Origin: Malacoraja senta
Taxonomy: Eukaryota
Assembly (NCBI GenBank): GCA_038087875.1
Contig: CM075979.1
Coordinates: 69,006,001 to 69,070,000, forward strand
Length of the DNA: 64,000 nt
Direction of reading: 5' to 3'
In this document: positions 12,301-27,400 of the stretch, in pieces
Layout: each line of letters starts with the position of its first letter
Position numbering within the stretch: position 1 is the first letter of the stretch
The notes under the pieces: generated by a model
Told to the model about the DNA's origin: nothing
The model's input: the letters and a program-made list of their open reading frames with translations, nothing else
Databases searched by the model: none
Program-made: the position numbers and the translations under genes

Positions 12301-15300
12301 GGGGGATTTCAAGTGCGCTCTCGTAATTCCATCCGGATTAAAGGAGGTGCCATACCACCAGTTGCCTGAAAATCAGTGGTGGACCTGTACACAATCAACA
12401 TTTACACCTGTAACTGAAATGGGGGCTTGTCATCCGTAACAATAAGCTTGAAACTCCGCACAGTCATACTTAGCCCAGCAAAGTCCCCTTTCTTTACGCT
12501 TGTGATCTTGTTGAAGCGTGCGTAGAAGTGTGTGGTGTCCTTCGGCAGAGGAGGTATGTTTTCGATGTCCGTATCATCACAGTAGACCGACCCGCTCAAG
12601 CACGTACACTGGAGGCATGTTGGAAGACCTTGGAAATAATGTAAAAAGAGAAAAGATTGTAAAAGTATATTCTGACAATTCTACGATAAGATTGAAGTGC
12701 ATTTCACCAGATTAGAAATTGTTCAATAAATTCTAACAGCCATTATGGTCATCTCATTCTGATTGTGACAGTCAATGTAGATCAAGACTAATTGTGAGGT
12801 TCAAAAACCAGTTATCAGGTTTGCCTGTGTAATCTACAGTAGCATTGAGACTGACTGAACACAAAGCAGTACAGCACAGGGCAGGCCCTTCGGCCCACAA
12901 TGTTAGTGTTGAACATCATGCCAAGGTAAACAGAAAACCAAGTTAAACCGAGTCAACGTAACCCCCCCTCCCCACAATCAGTCTGTAGAAGAGCTTTGAC
13001 CTGAAATGTCACCTTTACATGTTCTCCAGTGGTGCTGCCTGACCCACTAATTTACTCCAACACTTTGTCTTTTTTTTTGTAAACCAGCATCTGCAGTTCC
13101 TTGCGTCCACTACATTTGAGGAATACACTGAAGCTTCGGGCCTCTATGGAGAACACAGCACAGGAACGGGCCCTTCGGCCCACAATGTTTGTGCCGAACA
13201 TGATGTCCTTACACTGATCTCATCTGTACATGATCCATATCATTCCATTCCCTGCACTTCCATGTGCCTATCTAAAAGCCACTTAAACTTCACTCTCATT
13301 TATGCCTCCACCACAATCCGTGAGACAGCATGGTGGTGCAGCAGTAGAGATGCTGCCTTACAGCACCAGAGACACAGGTTCGATCCTGACTACGGATGCT
13401 GTCTGTGTGGAGTCTGTACGTTCTCCTTGTTACCGCATGGGTTTTCCCCAGGTGCTCCGCTTTTCTCCCACATTCCAAAGTTGTGCAGGTTTGTTACGTA
13501 ACTGGCTTCTGTAAATTATCCCTAGAGTGTAGGATAGAACTAGTGTATGGGTGATCGCTGGTTGGCGTGGACTCGGTGGGCCGAAGGGTCTGTTTCCATG
13601 CTCCATCTCTAAATTAACCCACCCCGGCAATGTGTTCCAGGCCCCCACCACTCTCTGTATATATAATTTGGTCCCCACATCTCCATTAAACTTCCCCCCT
13701 CTCACCTTATAGCTATGCCTTCTAGTGTTGGGCATTTCTGCCCTGGGGGAAAGGTTTTGACTATCTACCCTATTTATGCCTCTCATAATTTTATATCTTG
13801 GTTTAGTTTAGTTTAGTTTATATTGTCACATGTACCAAGGTACAGTGAAAAGCTTGTTTGTTGTGTGCTATCCAATCAGCGGAAAGACAATACATTATTA
13901 CAATTAAGCCATCCACAGTGTACAGATACAGGATAAAGGGAATAACTTTTAGTGCAAGATCAAAGTCCGATCAAAGATAGACCGAGGTAGATGGTGGCTC
14001 AGGACCGCTCTCTAGTTGTTGGTAGGATGGATCAGTTGCTTGATAACAGTGGTCTTGGTGGTCTTGACCATTGATAGTGTGATAGACCACTGATAATGGT
14101 GGTCTTGTTGAGGCAGCATGAGGTGTAAGTGGAGTCAATGGAAAGGAGGTTGGTTTGCGTGATGGTCTGGGCTGCGTCCACAATTCTCTGCAATATCTTG
14201 CGGTTTTGGATGGAGCTGTTCCCAAACAATGCTGTGATACAAACTGATAACATAATGTAAACAACACTCTTCCAGCTACAGAAGAATGTTGCTGGTGAGT
14301 GAATGCTTGTTGCAAATGTAGTTATTGGGCGAGGAGGGAATTGGGATGTGGTGAGGTCTAGGTGAAGAATAAGGAGTCACAAGTGATTGTAGATGCTAGA
14401 ATCTTGAGCATATAAACAAGGTTCTGGAAGAACTCAGCGGGCCAGGCATCATCCATGGAGAGAAATGGACAGTCAACGTTGAGGCTGGTGAAGAACAATG
14501 CTCACAACAAAGGAGTGATGAAAAATACCAGGGACAACACCAGGAGTTCCTGGCTGGAAGTTGCTGGTGATGTCTCCGTAAGGTTATGTGAAAGCTCGGA
14601 AGGACTGTAATTTGGGGGAGCTATTAATACAGGCAAATGACTGTCCTGTTTTGCCTATACAGGTGGGCTGAAGGAAAATTAGGTGAGATCTCTGCTTGGA
14701 CAAGGAGCTTTGATGACCTTCCGAATGCCACATTGGGCAGCATAGTGTGGAATGTGGCTACAATCAACAACAGCAGCCTAAAATGTGTCTGGGAATCTGA
14801 GATGGATGAGGACCTTGATTTACACGTGCAAAGCAGCCAGGTCACATGTGGTTCTCATCTCGATGGAGATTGAGGAAGCAGAACAGGAGGAACACAGTTT
14901 ATAAAACCTGGTTGTTTAGGATTTAAAATACATAGGTCATAGGAGCATAATTAGGCCATTTGGTCCATCAAATCTACTCCGCCATTCAATCATGGCTGAT
15001 CTATCTTTCCCTCTCAACCCCATTCTCCTGCCTTCTCCCCATAACCTTTGACATCCTTACTAATCAAGAACCTGTCAATCTCCGCTCTTCTTCATTAGCC
15101 TCTGCAAATTGTCCCTAGTGTGTAAGGAGGCGATATGAAAGTTGGACAGGAGGAAGATTGACTTTTGTGCCTTCCATCACAGTGGGAAGTGCTGGTTCCA
15201 CTGAAGGTGGATGTTTATGTTGAAATGTTTATGTTGTGTTCTTTCTTCCTTGCTAGGAGTGGACTGCTCATCCACCTAGCTTACTTATGAGTAAAACTGC

Positions 15301-15459
15301 ATCATGATGAATGGCCAACACAGCACCAGGGTTTGAGCCCCTGATTATACTACATCAACTCTCTGGTCAGAGCTAGCACGCTAGATGGGGATGGTAGAGA
15401 GAGGCAGGACATCATGAAGCAGATGGCACCACTCAACCCCGAGTTGGAGGGAGGGACGG

Positions 15460-15490
<31 letters not shown>

Positions 15491-18400
15491 TCCATCCTAC
15501 ATACCTGCACGTCTTTGGGATGTGGGAGGAAATCGGAGCGGCAGTTGTGTTATGAGTATATAAGAATAATAATTTTTCAGACCAGTGAGGTTAAAAATGT
15601 CACTGCATATGAATTTTATACAAAGAATGTGGGAGGACAATTTGGTTTGGTTTGGTTTAGTTCAGTTTATTATTGTCACGCATACCGAGGTACAGTGAAA
15701 AACTTTTGTTTGCATGCTATCCAGTCAATTGAAAATCCTGTCAAAATGAAGCAGTGCAGGGCAGAATTTCTCAGGGGGGATTAAGACACCCAGTAATATG
15801 TGCAAAATGGCACAGGTTTCCCCTCTTAACCCAATTTTCAGCTGCACAGCATAATTTTCATGGAGTTGTATAATTGAATTTCCAGGGCTACTTGTGTGTC
15901 GAGTCATAGAGTCATACACCATGGAAAGTGGCCCTTCTGCCCAACTAGCCCATACTGACCAACATGCCCCATCTACACTAGTCCCACCTGGCTGCATTTG
16001 CCCCATATCCCTACAAACCTATCCTATCCATGTACCTTCTCTAAATGTTTTTAAACGTTATATATTAATGACCTGGATGAGGGAATTGAAGGCAATATCT
16101 CCAAGTTTGCGGATGACACTAAGCTGGGGGGCAGTGTTAGCTGTGAGGAGGATGCTAGGAGACTGCAAGGTGACTTGGATAGGCTGGGTGAGTGGGCAAA
16201 TGTTTGGCAGATGCAGTATAATGTGGATAAATGTGAGGTTATCCATTTTGGTGGCAAAAACAGGAAAGCAGACTATTTTCTAAATGGTGGCCGACTAGGA
16301 AAAGGGGAGATGCAGCGAGACCTGGGTGTCATGGTACACCAGTCATTGAAAGTAGGCATGCAGGTGCAGCAGGCAGTGAAGAAAGCGAATGGTATGTTAG
16401 CTTTCATAGCAAAAGGATTTGAGTATAGGAGCAGGGAGGTTCTACTGCAGTTGTACAGGGTCTTGGTGAGACCACACCTGGAGTATTGCGTACAGTTTTG
16501 GTCTCCAAATCTGAGGAAGGACATTATTGCCATAGAGGGAGTGCAGAGAAGGTTCACCAGACTGATTCCTGGGATGTCAGGACTGTCTTATGAAGAAAGA
16601 CTGGATAGACTTGGTTTATACTCTCTAGAATTTAGGAGATTGAGAGGGGATCTTATAGAAACTTACAAAATTCTTAAGGGGTTGGACAGGCTAGATGCAG
16701 GAAGATTGCTCCCGATGTTGGGGAAGTCCAGGACAAGGGGTCACAGCTTAAGGATAAGGGGGAAATCCTTTAAAACCGAGATGAGAAGAACTTTTTTCAC
16801 ACAGAGAGTGGTGAATCTCTGGAACTCTCTGCCACAGAGGGTAGTCGAGGCCAGTTCATTGGCTATATTTAAGAGGGAGCTAGATGTGGCCCTTGTGGCT
16901 AAAGGGATCAGAGGGTATGGAGAGAAGGCAGGTACGGGATACTGAGTTGGATGATCAGCCATGATCATATTAAATGGCGGTGCAGGCTCGAAGGGCCGAA
17001 TGGCCTACTCCTGCACCTAATTTCTATGTTTCTATGTTTCTATGTGATAGCACCTGCCCCAACTACCTCCTCAGGCCGCTCGTTCCATAACTTTGTGTAA
17101 AAAAAGTTGCCCCTCAGATTCCCATTAGATCTTTCTCCCCTCACAAACCTTTGTCCTCTGGTTCTCATTAATTGGGTATTCTTTTACCTAGAGTACCCCT
17201 ACTCTGGGTAAAAGACACTGTGCATCTACCCTGTCTCTCTCACAGCGTGGAAACAGGCCCTTCAGCCCAACTTGACCACACAGGCCAACATGTCCCATCT
17301 ACACTAGTCCCACCTGTGGTGTTTGGCCCATATCCCTCTTAACACGTCCTATCCATGTAATCCATATATCCATGTAATTCATGATCTTATACACCTCTAT
17401 AAATTACATCTGGCTGGAATTGTGCAGGGAATAGTAGATTTTACAGATATTCTTTTTGAAAAGCACCAGATGATTTAATGTAGAATAGTTACAGTACGTC
17501 TTTTAGTTGAATACTGACTCCTTGTATAGTGTGGTTAACAATTTACTTTGGCTCTGTCACTGCAGAATTTCTCTCCTGTTGGAAACAACACAAGGTAGCT
17601 CCAAGCCCTCTACATTATTACACAATTAACATTTTCAGAAGAAATAATGGAGAATTTTAATGAAGATATCTCTGCATGTTATAATTGGGACAGTTTTCAC
17701 TGTACCCCATTTTGAACCAAGAATATTACATAACTATGGACTACTAATGTCCAAGTATTAATCTTTTCCTGCAATGTGGAATGTTGGGTTTGGATTCTAT
17801 CTGATTGGTATGCCATGTGTATATCCAAAGTCTGGAACTGTTGATCCAATTTAAATTTTTTATGGTTAGTCTTTGTCTGCTGTGGTTAGATTATAGACAC
17901 TGGAAAAATCACACACTGTGGTGGAGAATTTAGGGGGAAATGTTATTTTCACGCCAAAATTACAAAGAGAGGATTACAAAGGTTGCTCTGTCACTTCTAA
18001 CTAACATCTGACCTGTCTGTCCTGGGCCTCCTCCACTGCCAGAGTGAGGCCACGTGCAAATTGTGCAAAAATCTGTAAAATCTACTATTCCCTGCACCTC
18101 ATATTTTGCTTGGGCAGCTTACAAACCAAGCGGTATGGATATTGATTTCTCTAATTTAAAGTAAAGCATTCCCTCTCTCTCTCCATACCTCCTCTACCCT
18201 ACTTGTCCTGCTAGTTTCACTGTTTATAGCAATTTGTTAACGCCTTTTCCTCAGCCAACAATGGACCTTTGTGGGCTCCACCTTTCCTGGCTCTGATTGG
18301 TTCTGAACCTTTTAGTATCTCTAGTTTCCCTCTACCCTGACTCTCAGTTTGAAGGGTCTCGACCCGAAACGTAACCTATTCTTTTTCTCCAGAGATGCTG

Positions 18401-21400
18401 CCCGACCCACTGAGTTGGTGCAGCATTTTGTGTCTAGCTACACTGAAATAAATAACCATTTGTGATGTACTGCAGCAATTTAAAAAGTAATACATTTAGT
18501 ATAAGTTTAGCTTAGTTTAGAGATTCAGCGTGGAAACAGGCTCGTCAGCTCACTGATTCTGTGCCGACCAGCGATCCCCGTGCACCAGCAATATCCTACA
18601 CACACGAGGGACAATTTACAATTATACCAAGCCAATTAACCTACAAACCTGTATGTCTTTGGAGTGCTGGAGGAAACCAGGGCACCCGGAGGAAACCCAC
18701 GCAGGTCACGGGGAGAACGTACAAACTCCATACAGTCAGCACCTGTAGTCAGGATCGAACCTGGATCTCTGGTGCTGTGAGGCAGCAACTCTACCACTGC
18801 GCCACCGTTCTGCATTTTTTCTTAGTTCCAGCTAATTTTCTACTTAATTTAGTTTAGTTTACCAGTCCTGCTTTGTTGAAGTTAGTCTTACATTTACAAT
18901 GTTGTAAAAGAATACTGAGAATATAGTTTGGGGCAATCATCCAAAATTCCATGAAGTGCAAACAGACCCAGATTGTGAATAGAAACTCATTCTGTTCCCG
19001 CTACAAACCTTCTTTCGAGTCAGGGCCAAAAAGGCCAGGCACACTCGGAGCACCAGGATCCAAAGGTCCATAGGGAGACTCTTCCTCCTCATAGCCACTG
19101 CCATAGGTTTCAAACACACTGTTCTCGGAAGGGTCCAGCCTACCAACTTCCACCTTATGATTGAAAAGTTAAAGATTTATATATACACACAATGGCAATC
19201 AAGGCAAAACAAAGAACTGCAGATGCCGGTTTATACCAAAGATAGGCACAAAGTGCTGGAGTAACTCAGCGGTTCAGGCAGCATTTCGGGAGAATAAGGA
19301 TGGGAATGATGAATGATGACTGATGGGAGAAGGGTCCCAAGCCGAAACGTCACCTATTCCTTTTTCTCCCGAGATGCTGCCTGACCCGCTGAGTTACTCC
19401 AGCACTTTGCGTCCATCTTTGGCAATCAAGGGATTCCCTTTTAGTGAATCTACCACGTTCTACCACACGAGGGCTCTGGAGACTGAAACTCTCAAAAGTT
19501 CTTGAAAGTATATTACAAATATACGAGCTAATTAATGAAAGACCTTATCCTGTTTTAATGTTAACCATTTGATCGATCTCTGAGAAAATATACAGTATTT
19601 GTAATTAAAAAACCCTGGGTACGATCTTTGTTATTTTTTTCTCTTTCATCAGCTGTATTTCAATAAGTACTTTCTGATTCTTTAGACTTTCGAGATACAG
19701 CGCAGAACCAGGCCCATCGGCACACCGAGACTGTGTAACCAGCAAGCATGCCATACACTCGCGGTATCCTACACACTAGGGAGAACTTACAGCTTACCAA
19801 AGTCAATTAATCTACAAAACCTGTACGTCTTTGGAGTGTGGGAAGAAACCGGAGTAACCGGAGAAAACCTACGTGGTCACAGGGAGAAGGTACAAACTTT
19901 GTACAGGCAGCACCCGTAATCAGGAGTGAACCCGGATCTCTGGCACTGAGGTAGCAACTCTACCGCTGCGCCACTGTGCCGCCCTATTGAAAGGATACTG
20001 CAAAACTACAAACTTACTAATGAAAGATCAAATATTGTTTTAATGCCAACCATTTGAGAACATATATTTGTAATTAAAATACCGTGACTTTGATCTTTGC
20101 TATTTTTTCCTCTTTCGTCAACTGTCTTTCAAAAGGTGGCTTCTGGTTCTTGAGGCAGAAGGTTGTGGATTCATGACGTGCCACAACTATTTTATAGCCT
20201 TTATATGACAAAGTGCTTCCTGAATTTTTTTCCTGAATGCCCAGGATCTAGTTTCAAAATTGTGATATATAAACTAGATTCATCTAACAATTTCTTTATA
20301 ACTTTCCTATCTAATTCTTAATTCTGAAACATCCTGATTTATCTTTTGTACTCAAAGAAATGCTCGCCAATATTACGACATAGTTGGGTGGCGAAGATGG
20401 TGTATGGTATGCTTGCCTTCGTTGGTAGGAGCATTGAGAATAAGAGTCAGAAAGTTATAATGCAGCTCCATAAACTTGGTTAAGCCGCACTTGGAGTATT
20501 GCGTGCAGTTCTGGTCGCCCCATTACAGGAAAGAAGTGGGGGCTTTGGAGAGTGTGCAGAGGAGGTTTCCCAGAATGCTGCCTGGATTAGAGAATTTCAG
20601 CTACAGGGAGAGAGAGGATAGACTTGGATTGTTTTCTTAGGAACATTGGAAGTTGAGCGGAGGCTTGAAAGAAGTATATAAAATGATGAGAGGCGTAACA
20701 ATTTACTACCCTATCTAGATAGGGTATATAGGGTAGAACCTTATCCCCAGGGTGGAATTGTCCAACAATAGACGGCATAGCTTTAAGGTGAGAGGGGGGG
20801 AGTTTAATGGAGATGTGCAGAGCAAGTTTTTTTTACACAGAATGGTGGGGGTCTGGAGGAGTGGTGGTGGAGGCAGATAAAATAGTAGTGCATAGGAGGC
20901 TTTTAGATAGGCACATGAAAGTGCAGGAAATAAAAGGATACGGATAATGTACAGGCCGATGAGATCAATTTAACTAGGCATCAAGTGCAGCACAGACATT
21001 GTGGGCCGAAGGGACAGTTCCTGTGCTGTACTGTTCTATGTTCTCCGTAGAAACCTGAAGCTTCAGTGTGTCGCACAACACATGGTAGAAACGAGGAACT
21101 GCAGATGCCGGTTTACAAAAAAAAGACACAGAGTGCTGGAGTAACTCAGCTGGTCAGGGAGCATCTCTGGCGAACATGGACAGGTGACGTTTCAGGTCAG
21201 GACCCTTCAGACTGATTGTAGGGGGTGGATGGGGGAGGGGGGGGGTGGATAAGAAAGCTGCAATAGAGGAGAGGCAGTGGCCAAAGTGTGGCCGGTTATA
21301 GGTGAACACAGGCGAGGAGAATTTTGATAGGAAGATGGTTGGACAAAGTCGAAAGATGTCAAAAAAGGCGTGGGACAAAATGATTGAAGAGTTGTGAATT

Positions 21401-24400
21401 CTGAAGGCAGAGGAAGGAATGCCAGTAGAGGGGGGTGAGACTGGTGGTGGGATCACTTTGGAGGTGATGGAAATGTCTGAGGATGATGTGTTGGATGCTG
21501 AGGCTGGTGGGATGTAAGGAGTAGTCCTCAATATGCAGTCCTGGACCTTGCGATGTGCAACTTGTGGCTACTGACAGCTTCATGCACCGGAGGATCAGCA
21601 GGTTTTGGGCAAATCTGAGAGCACGTTTCACTGAGCAACAGTTAATGTTTGTATCAGTGATTGTCTTTGAGAACATTCTGTAAAGCAGAGAGTCCTGTGT
21701 TTCACACCCATATAGGATGCATAGAACAGCACACCACAGGAGCAGGCCTTTCATAATGATATCCAGAACTGACTACATGTAATGCATCTGGTGTTCAAGG
21801 CAGCACAGTGGCACAGCAATAGATTTGCTGTCTTACAGCGCCAGAGACCCGCATTCGATCCTGTCTACAGGTGCTGTCTGTACGGAGTTTATACATTCTC
21901 CCTGCGACACGTGAGTTTTCTCCAGGTGCTTCAGTTGGAACATCCCAAAGACATACAGCTTTGCAGGTTAATTGGCTTCTGTTAATTGTAAAACTGTCCC
22001 TAGTGTGCTAGAGTGTATGGGATGATTGCTGGTCGGCACAGACTCTGTGGGCCAAAGGGCCTGCTTCCACACTGTTTCCTCTAAAGTCTAAATTCCAAAC
22101 TGAGCACTCCCAACCACAGAGAAGACACAACTCAAAAAAGGCTTTTACTAGAATCAAGATTAACAAGAGTACAAAGCTCTGTATAAGGGAGAAAAATCCA
22201 AGACCGAGCAAAGATACTGCAGAGACCACAAACATCAGAACTTGAATAGGGAACTCAATTAAGATGATGATAATGACACACAGGTGAAAATACTTAAACA
22301 TAAAACAAAACACAATCTATGCCACCATCACTAGTTAGTAGGGGGGAAATTAGTGGACATTAGACGAGAGCAGATTTGGCTTTGACAGGTTGGGGTCATG
22401 GATAGGATCTTATAATCTACTCAAGCAGTGAGGTGAGTTCTGAATTTCTGATCTCTTTTGGTGAAGTTTTGTGTAACTATGTTGGAGCCAAAATGTGGTG
22501 ACACTTGTTCACTGCCTAGGTGAGGTCTGCCACATGATTTTGCTATGTGGTGTGTAAAACAAAACATTTCACTGTACCTAGGTACATGTGACAATAAAGT
22601 ATAATTGAATATTTTTCCTCCCCCTTCTGTGTGTAGAGGAATGTTAAAATGTCCATTCCTCGTGGATTCTGCCAACAAGAGGTAGAGAGTTTTGCACATC
22701 TTATGTATGATATATATTTGAAAAATAAGTATTTTCAGGAGTTAGTTTATGGGGAGTGGGATGAAATGATAAGCTCTTTTGGAGATCTGGTCTAGGGATG
22801 ATGGGCAGAATGGCCTTCTTGGTGTTAGATGGTTCTATGATTATGACTGGTTATAGACTGTTCATTAACTTTAGTTTAGTTTAGACTTTAGACCCAGTCT
22901 GTGCTAACTAGCGATCACCCCGTACACTAGTTTAGACTTTAGACCCAGTCTGTGCTAACTAGCGATCACCCCGTACACTAGTTTAGACTTTACACCCAGT
23001 CTGTGCTAACTAGCGATCACCCCGTACACTAGTTTAGACTTTACACCCAGTCTGTGCTAACTAGCGATCACCCCGTACACTAGTTTAGACTTTACACCCA
23101 GTCTGTGCTAACTAGCGATCACCCCGTACACTAGTACTATCCTATACACTAGGGACAATTTACATTTTTTTAACTGAAGCCAATTAAGCTACAAACCTGT
23201 GCGTCTTTGGAGTGTGAGAGGAAACTGGAGCATCTGGAGAAAACCCATGTGGTCACAGGGCGAATGTGCAAACTCCGTACAGGCATTGCTCATAGTCAAA
23301 ATGGTGGAGCAGACTTAATGGGCCAAATGGCCCAATTCTGCTCCTATGTTTTATGGTTTAATGGATCCAATTATAACTACCAACAATAGTCACCATACAC
23401 TGGCCTGTTGTGATGTAAGAACAATTTTACCAGAAATACAATTTGAAAATGAATGACCTTGTTGACTTTCATACTATAGTTTTCTAGTGATTATGTTCAA
23501 ATAGACAAAAAGACTTGTAAATACAATACGGTATAACAAGTAACTGCATATGCTTTTTATTGCAAAGAAAGACAAAATGCTGGAGTACTTCAGAAAGTCA
23601 GGCAGCATCTTGGGAGAACATGGATAGGTGACGTTTCAAGTTGGGACCTATCCTCAGACTCTTAAACTTTATACGCTAAAAGTTTAGACAAACTTTATTT
23701 TTATATTTCGATTCATAAACCAATTCAAAAGATTAATTAGGGCTGCATGGTGGCACAGTGGTATAGTTGCTGCCTATCAGCGCCAGAGACCCGGGTTCGA
23801 TCCTCACTACGGGCGCTGTCTGTATGGAGTTTGTACGTTCTCCTCGAGACTGCGTTGGTTTTCTCCGGGTGCTCCGGTTTCCTCCCACACTCCAAAGACT
23901 TACAGGTTTGTAGGTTAATTGGCTTTTGTAAATTGTCCCTAGGGTATGGATGGTGCTAGTGTATGGAGTGATCGCTGGTCGGTGTGGACTCGGTGGGCCA
24001 CAGGATCTTTTCCCACGCTGTATCTCCGAACTAAACTAAAACTTCAACATACAGTTTGATGGCACTGAGCCATGGTTGCTATTTGCTTGGAATATCAAGG
24101 ATTTTGATCTTTCAACATATCCCAGCAGAGTATTTGGCCGGCCAGTAGGCATATGCCTTTGCACTATTCCTGATGATGCAGTTGTAAGCATTAGTTTAGA
24201 TGATAGCATTTCACGTTCCAACAGCGACCACCTTCCAAAATACTGTATTTGCTGCCAAGTCCTGAGGATGTGAAAGGTGCAAAATAAATTTACCTTCTCT
24301 AATCCAAAATGGACGTTCCCACCAGTGGGAGAGTCTAGGACCAGAGGCCATAGCCTCATAATAAAATGAAGTACCATTAGAAAGGGGATGAGGAATTTCT

Positions 24401-27400
24401 TTAGTCAGAGGGTGGTGAATCTGTGGAATTCATTGCCACAGAAGGCTGTGATGGCCAAGTCAATAGGTATTTTTAAGGTGGAGTTTGATAGGTTCTTGAT
24501 TAGTATGGGTGTTAAGGGTTATGGGGAGAAGGCAGGAGAATGGGGTTGAGATGGAAAGATAGATCTGCCATGATTGAATGGTGGGGTAGACTTGAGCCGA
24601 ATGGCCTAATTCTGCTCATATAACATAATCTAAAAGAATGAAATAGTCTTGTGGCATTCCCAACCACAAAGGACTAACAAACACTATCCACACGTGTACA
24701 AACACATGGACTCAAAGGGCGTAGGAAGGAACTGCAGATGCTGGTTTACACCGATGATAAATTGTAGATTATCCCCAGCCAGAAAAAGGGTACCCAAAAC
24801 ATCCCAAATGTTACTTATTCCTTTTCTCCAGAGATGCAGTGTAAATTGCAGGCAACTGTAGGTCTAATAATTATTTTCTAACGATTATATTACAAAAGGG
24901 GGAAAGATTTAATAGGCACCTGAGGGGCAATTTTTTTACACAAAGGGTGGTGGGTGTATGGAACTAGATTCCGGAGGAGGTAGTTGAGGCAGGTACTATC
25001 GCAACGTTTAAGAAACATTTAGACGGGTACATTGATAGGATAGGTTTAGAGGAATACGGGCCAAATGCGGGCAGGTAGGACCCGTTTAGTTTGGGGCATG
25101 TTGGTCAGTGTGGTCAAGTTGGGCTGAAGGGCCTATATCTGTGATGTATGACTCTGAGGTACATGGATAGGAAAGATTTAAAGATATATGGCCAAATGTG
25201 GGCAGGTGGGACGAGTGTAGATAGGGCATTTTGGTCGGCATAGGCAGGTTGGGTCCAAGGGCCTGCCTGTTTCCACACTATATTACTCTATGACTGTTAT
25301 AGAGTCAGAGAGTCATGCAGTCATGCATCGGCTCAACTTGCCCACACTGACCAACATATCCCATTTACTCTAGGCCTACTTGCCTGCATTTGGCCCATAT
25401 CCCTCTAAACCTATCCCATCCATGTACCTGTCCAATTGGTTCTTGAACATTGTGATAATCCCTGCCTCAGCAACCTCCTCTGTTATTGTTAAATACATAT
25501 AATTAATAACAAGTGTTTGGTTTGGTCATATGGATCATGTAGGAGAACAAAAATCCAACGAACAATAGAACTAAGAATGTGATGCGAGTGTCTTAACTCC
25601 CTGCAGTCCTTCAGCATAAACATGTTGTGTTGGTGCTACAATGAGATTGGGCTGTGTATTTGACCATTATGATGATCTTGATGTCAGAGAATCTGTTTTA
25701 AATCTTGGTGTTTATGTTTTAAAGAGTCTTCACCGACCATCTGTCAACCCGTTCACACCCGTTCTATGTTATCCCACTTTCTTATCCGCTCCCTACACAC
25801 GAGGGGAAATTTACAGGGGCCTATTAACCTACAAACCCGCACGCCTTAGGGATGTGGGAGGAAACCCATGCGGTCACAGGGAGAATGTGCAAACTCCACA
25901 TAGACAGCATCTGAGGTCAGGATTGAGCCCCGTGTCTCTGGTGCTGTGAGGTGGCATCTCTACCAGCTGTTTTAGTTTCAGGATGTTTCATCAGTGCCAT
26001 TGGAACTTCTCCAAGAGAGTTTAACCCAGTTCAAAATACATTTCCAATGCTATGGAGTCATGCAGCGTGGAAACGGGCCCTTCAGCTCAATTTGCCCACA
26101 CTAACCAACATGTCCCATCTGCATTGGCCCCACCTGCCTGCATTTGGCCTGACCCAAATTATTTTGTGTCTTTCAATTTTTTTTTTGTAAAGCAATTTGT
26201 CTTGCTTTAGTCAGGTGCTGTCTATGTGGAGTTTGCACATTCTCCCTGTGACCACGTGGGTTTCCTACCACATCCCAAAGACGTGCGGGTTTGGTACATG
26301 CAATCTCATTCATGACTTTTTTTTGGAAATCAGCAGTGATTTTTTAGAAATCAATTGTTCATCATTTCTGAGGAGCTTCACACATGGCTGGGCGGAGGGA
26401 GACATTTGATGGGCTCGGGTTGTTTAGTTCTGATGTTGGGGAAAGAATAGTGAGGGCTAATAACTAGTAAATAGTGATGTGGATTGTGCTAATGTGGTGA
26501 CAGGGAACCGCAGACAAAGCCTAAAAGTAGAGACATGGAATGCAGCAGGGACGACATCCCAGTTTCAGGAATATCGCTCATTATGTTACTGCGTGCACCC
26601 ATTGTTGTAACAGAAAATTGGATCTACTGTCAACTAAGTTAGACTTGTGGATAGTCATTTTATTCTGTAATCAAGACCTAGTTTGTTACCTAATTAAGTG
26701 TTTCTGTAGCCATCATTCAGTAATCAAGACCTAGGTTTACTGTTAATCAAGTTCCTGTGTCATCTTGTCAGCTGAGAATATAAAAGCTGTACCAAAGTTG
26801 CGCTCAGCAGATCAGCTTTGACTGGTCTCCTGGTGTGCACCAGTTTTAATAAATTGCCTGTTACTTCGAACACCAACTCCACGTGGCCTTTCCATTTGCT
26901 ACTACAGTTCTGCTCATTGATTTGGGGTCAGTTTGCGACTGGGGTCTTTAAGGTGAGGTTGCAGAGCAAGAGGGATGAGAGGTAGAAGTGTGGGTGTGAA
27001 TATTTATCATAACACCTGACACCAATGCAAATCAAGAATCTATCAACCTCCACTTAAAACCCAATGACTTGGGCTCCACAGCCGTCTGTGGCAATGAATT
27101 CCACACATTCACCACCCTCTGACTAAACAAATTCCTCTCCATCTCCATTCTAAAGGTATGTCATTTTATTCTGAGGCTGTGCCCTCTGGTAGTATACTCT
27201 CCCACTAGGGGAAACATCCTGTCCACATTCATTGTGTGGATGATAGCAGAATACAAAAATAAATATGAATGGTTCACTGTTAAGGTTTATAGGTCTGAGA
27301 TAAGCTTGTTTAATTTATAAGGTGACTTGGTGGTTGCAAAGGGGAGCACTCACGCCCTTGGCCAGAAATTCCCTACACTGAGCACGACATTTATGCCTAC

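Noticed and set aside
22881-23134. CRISPR-like array
   Set aside because: Head-to-tail repeats without unique spacers, SINE-derived, in a vertebrate context.
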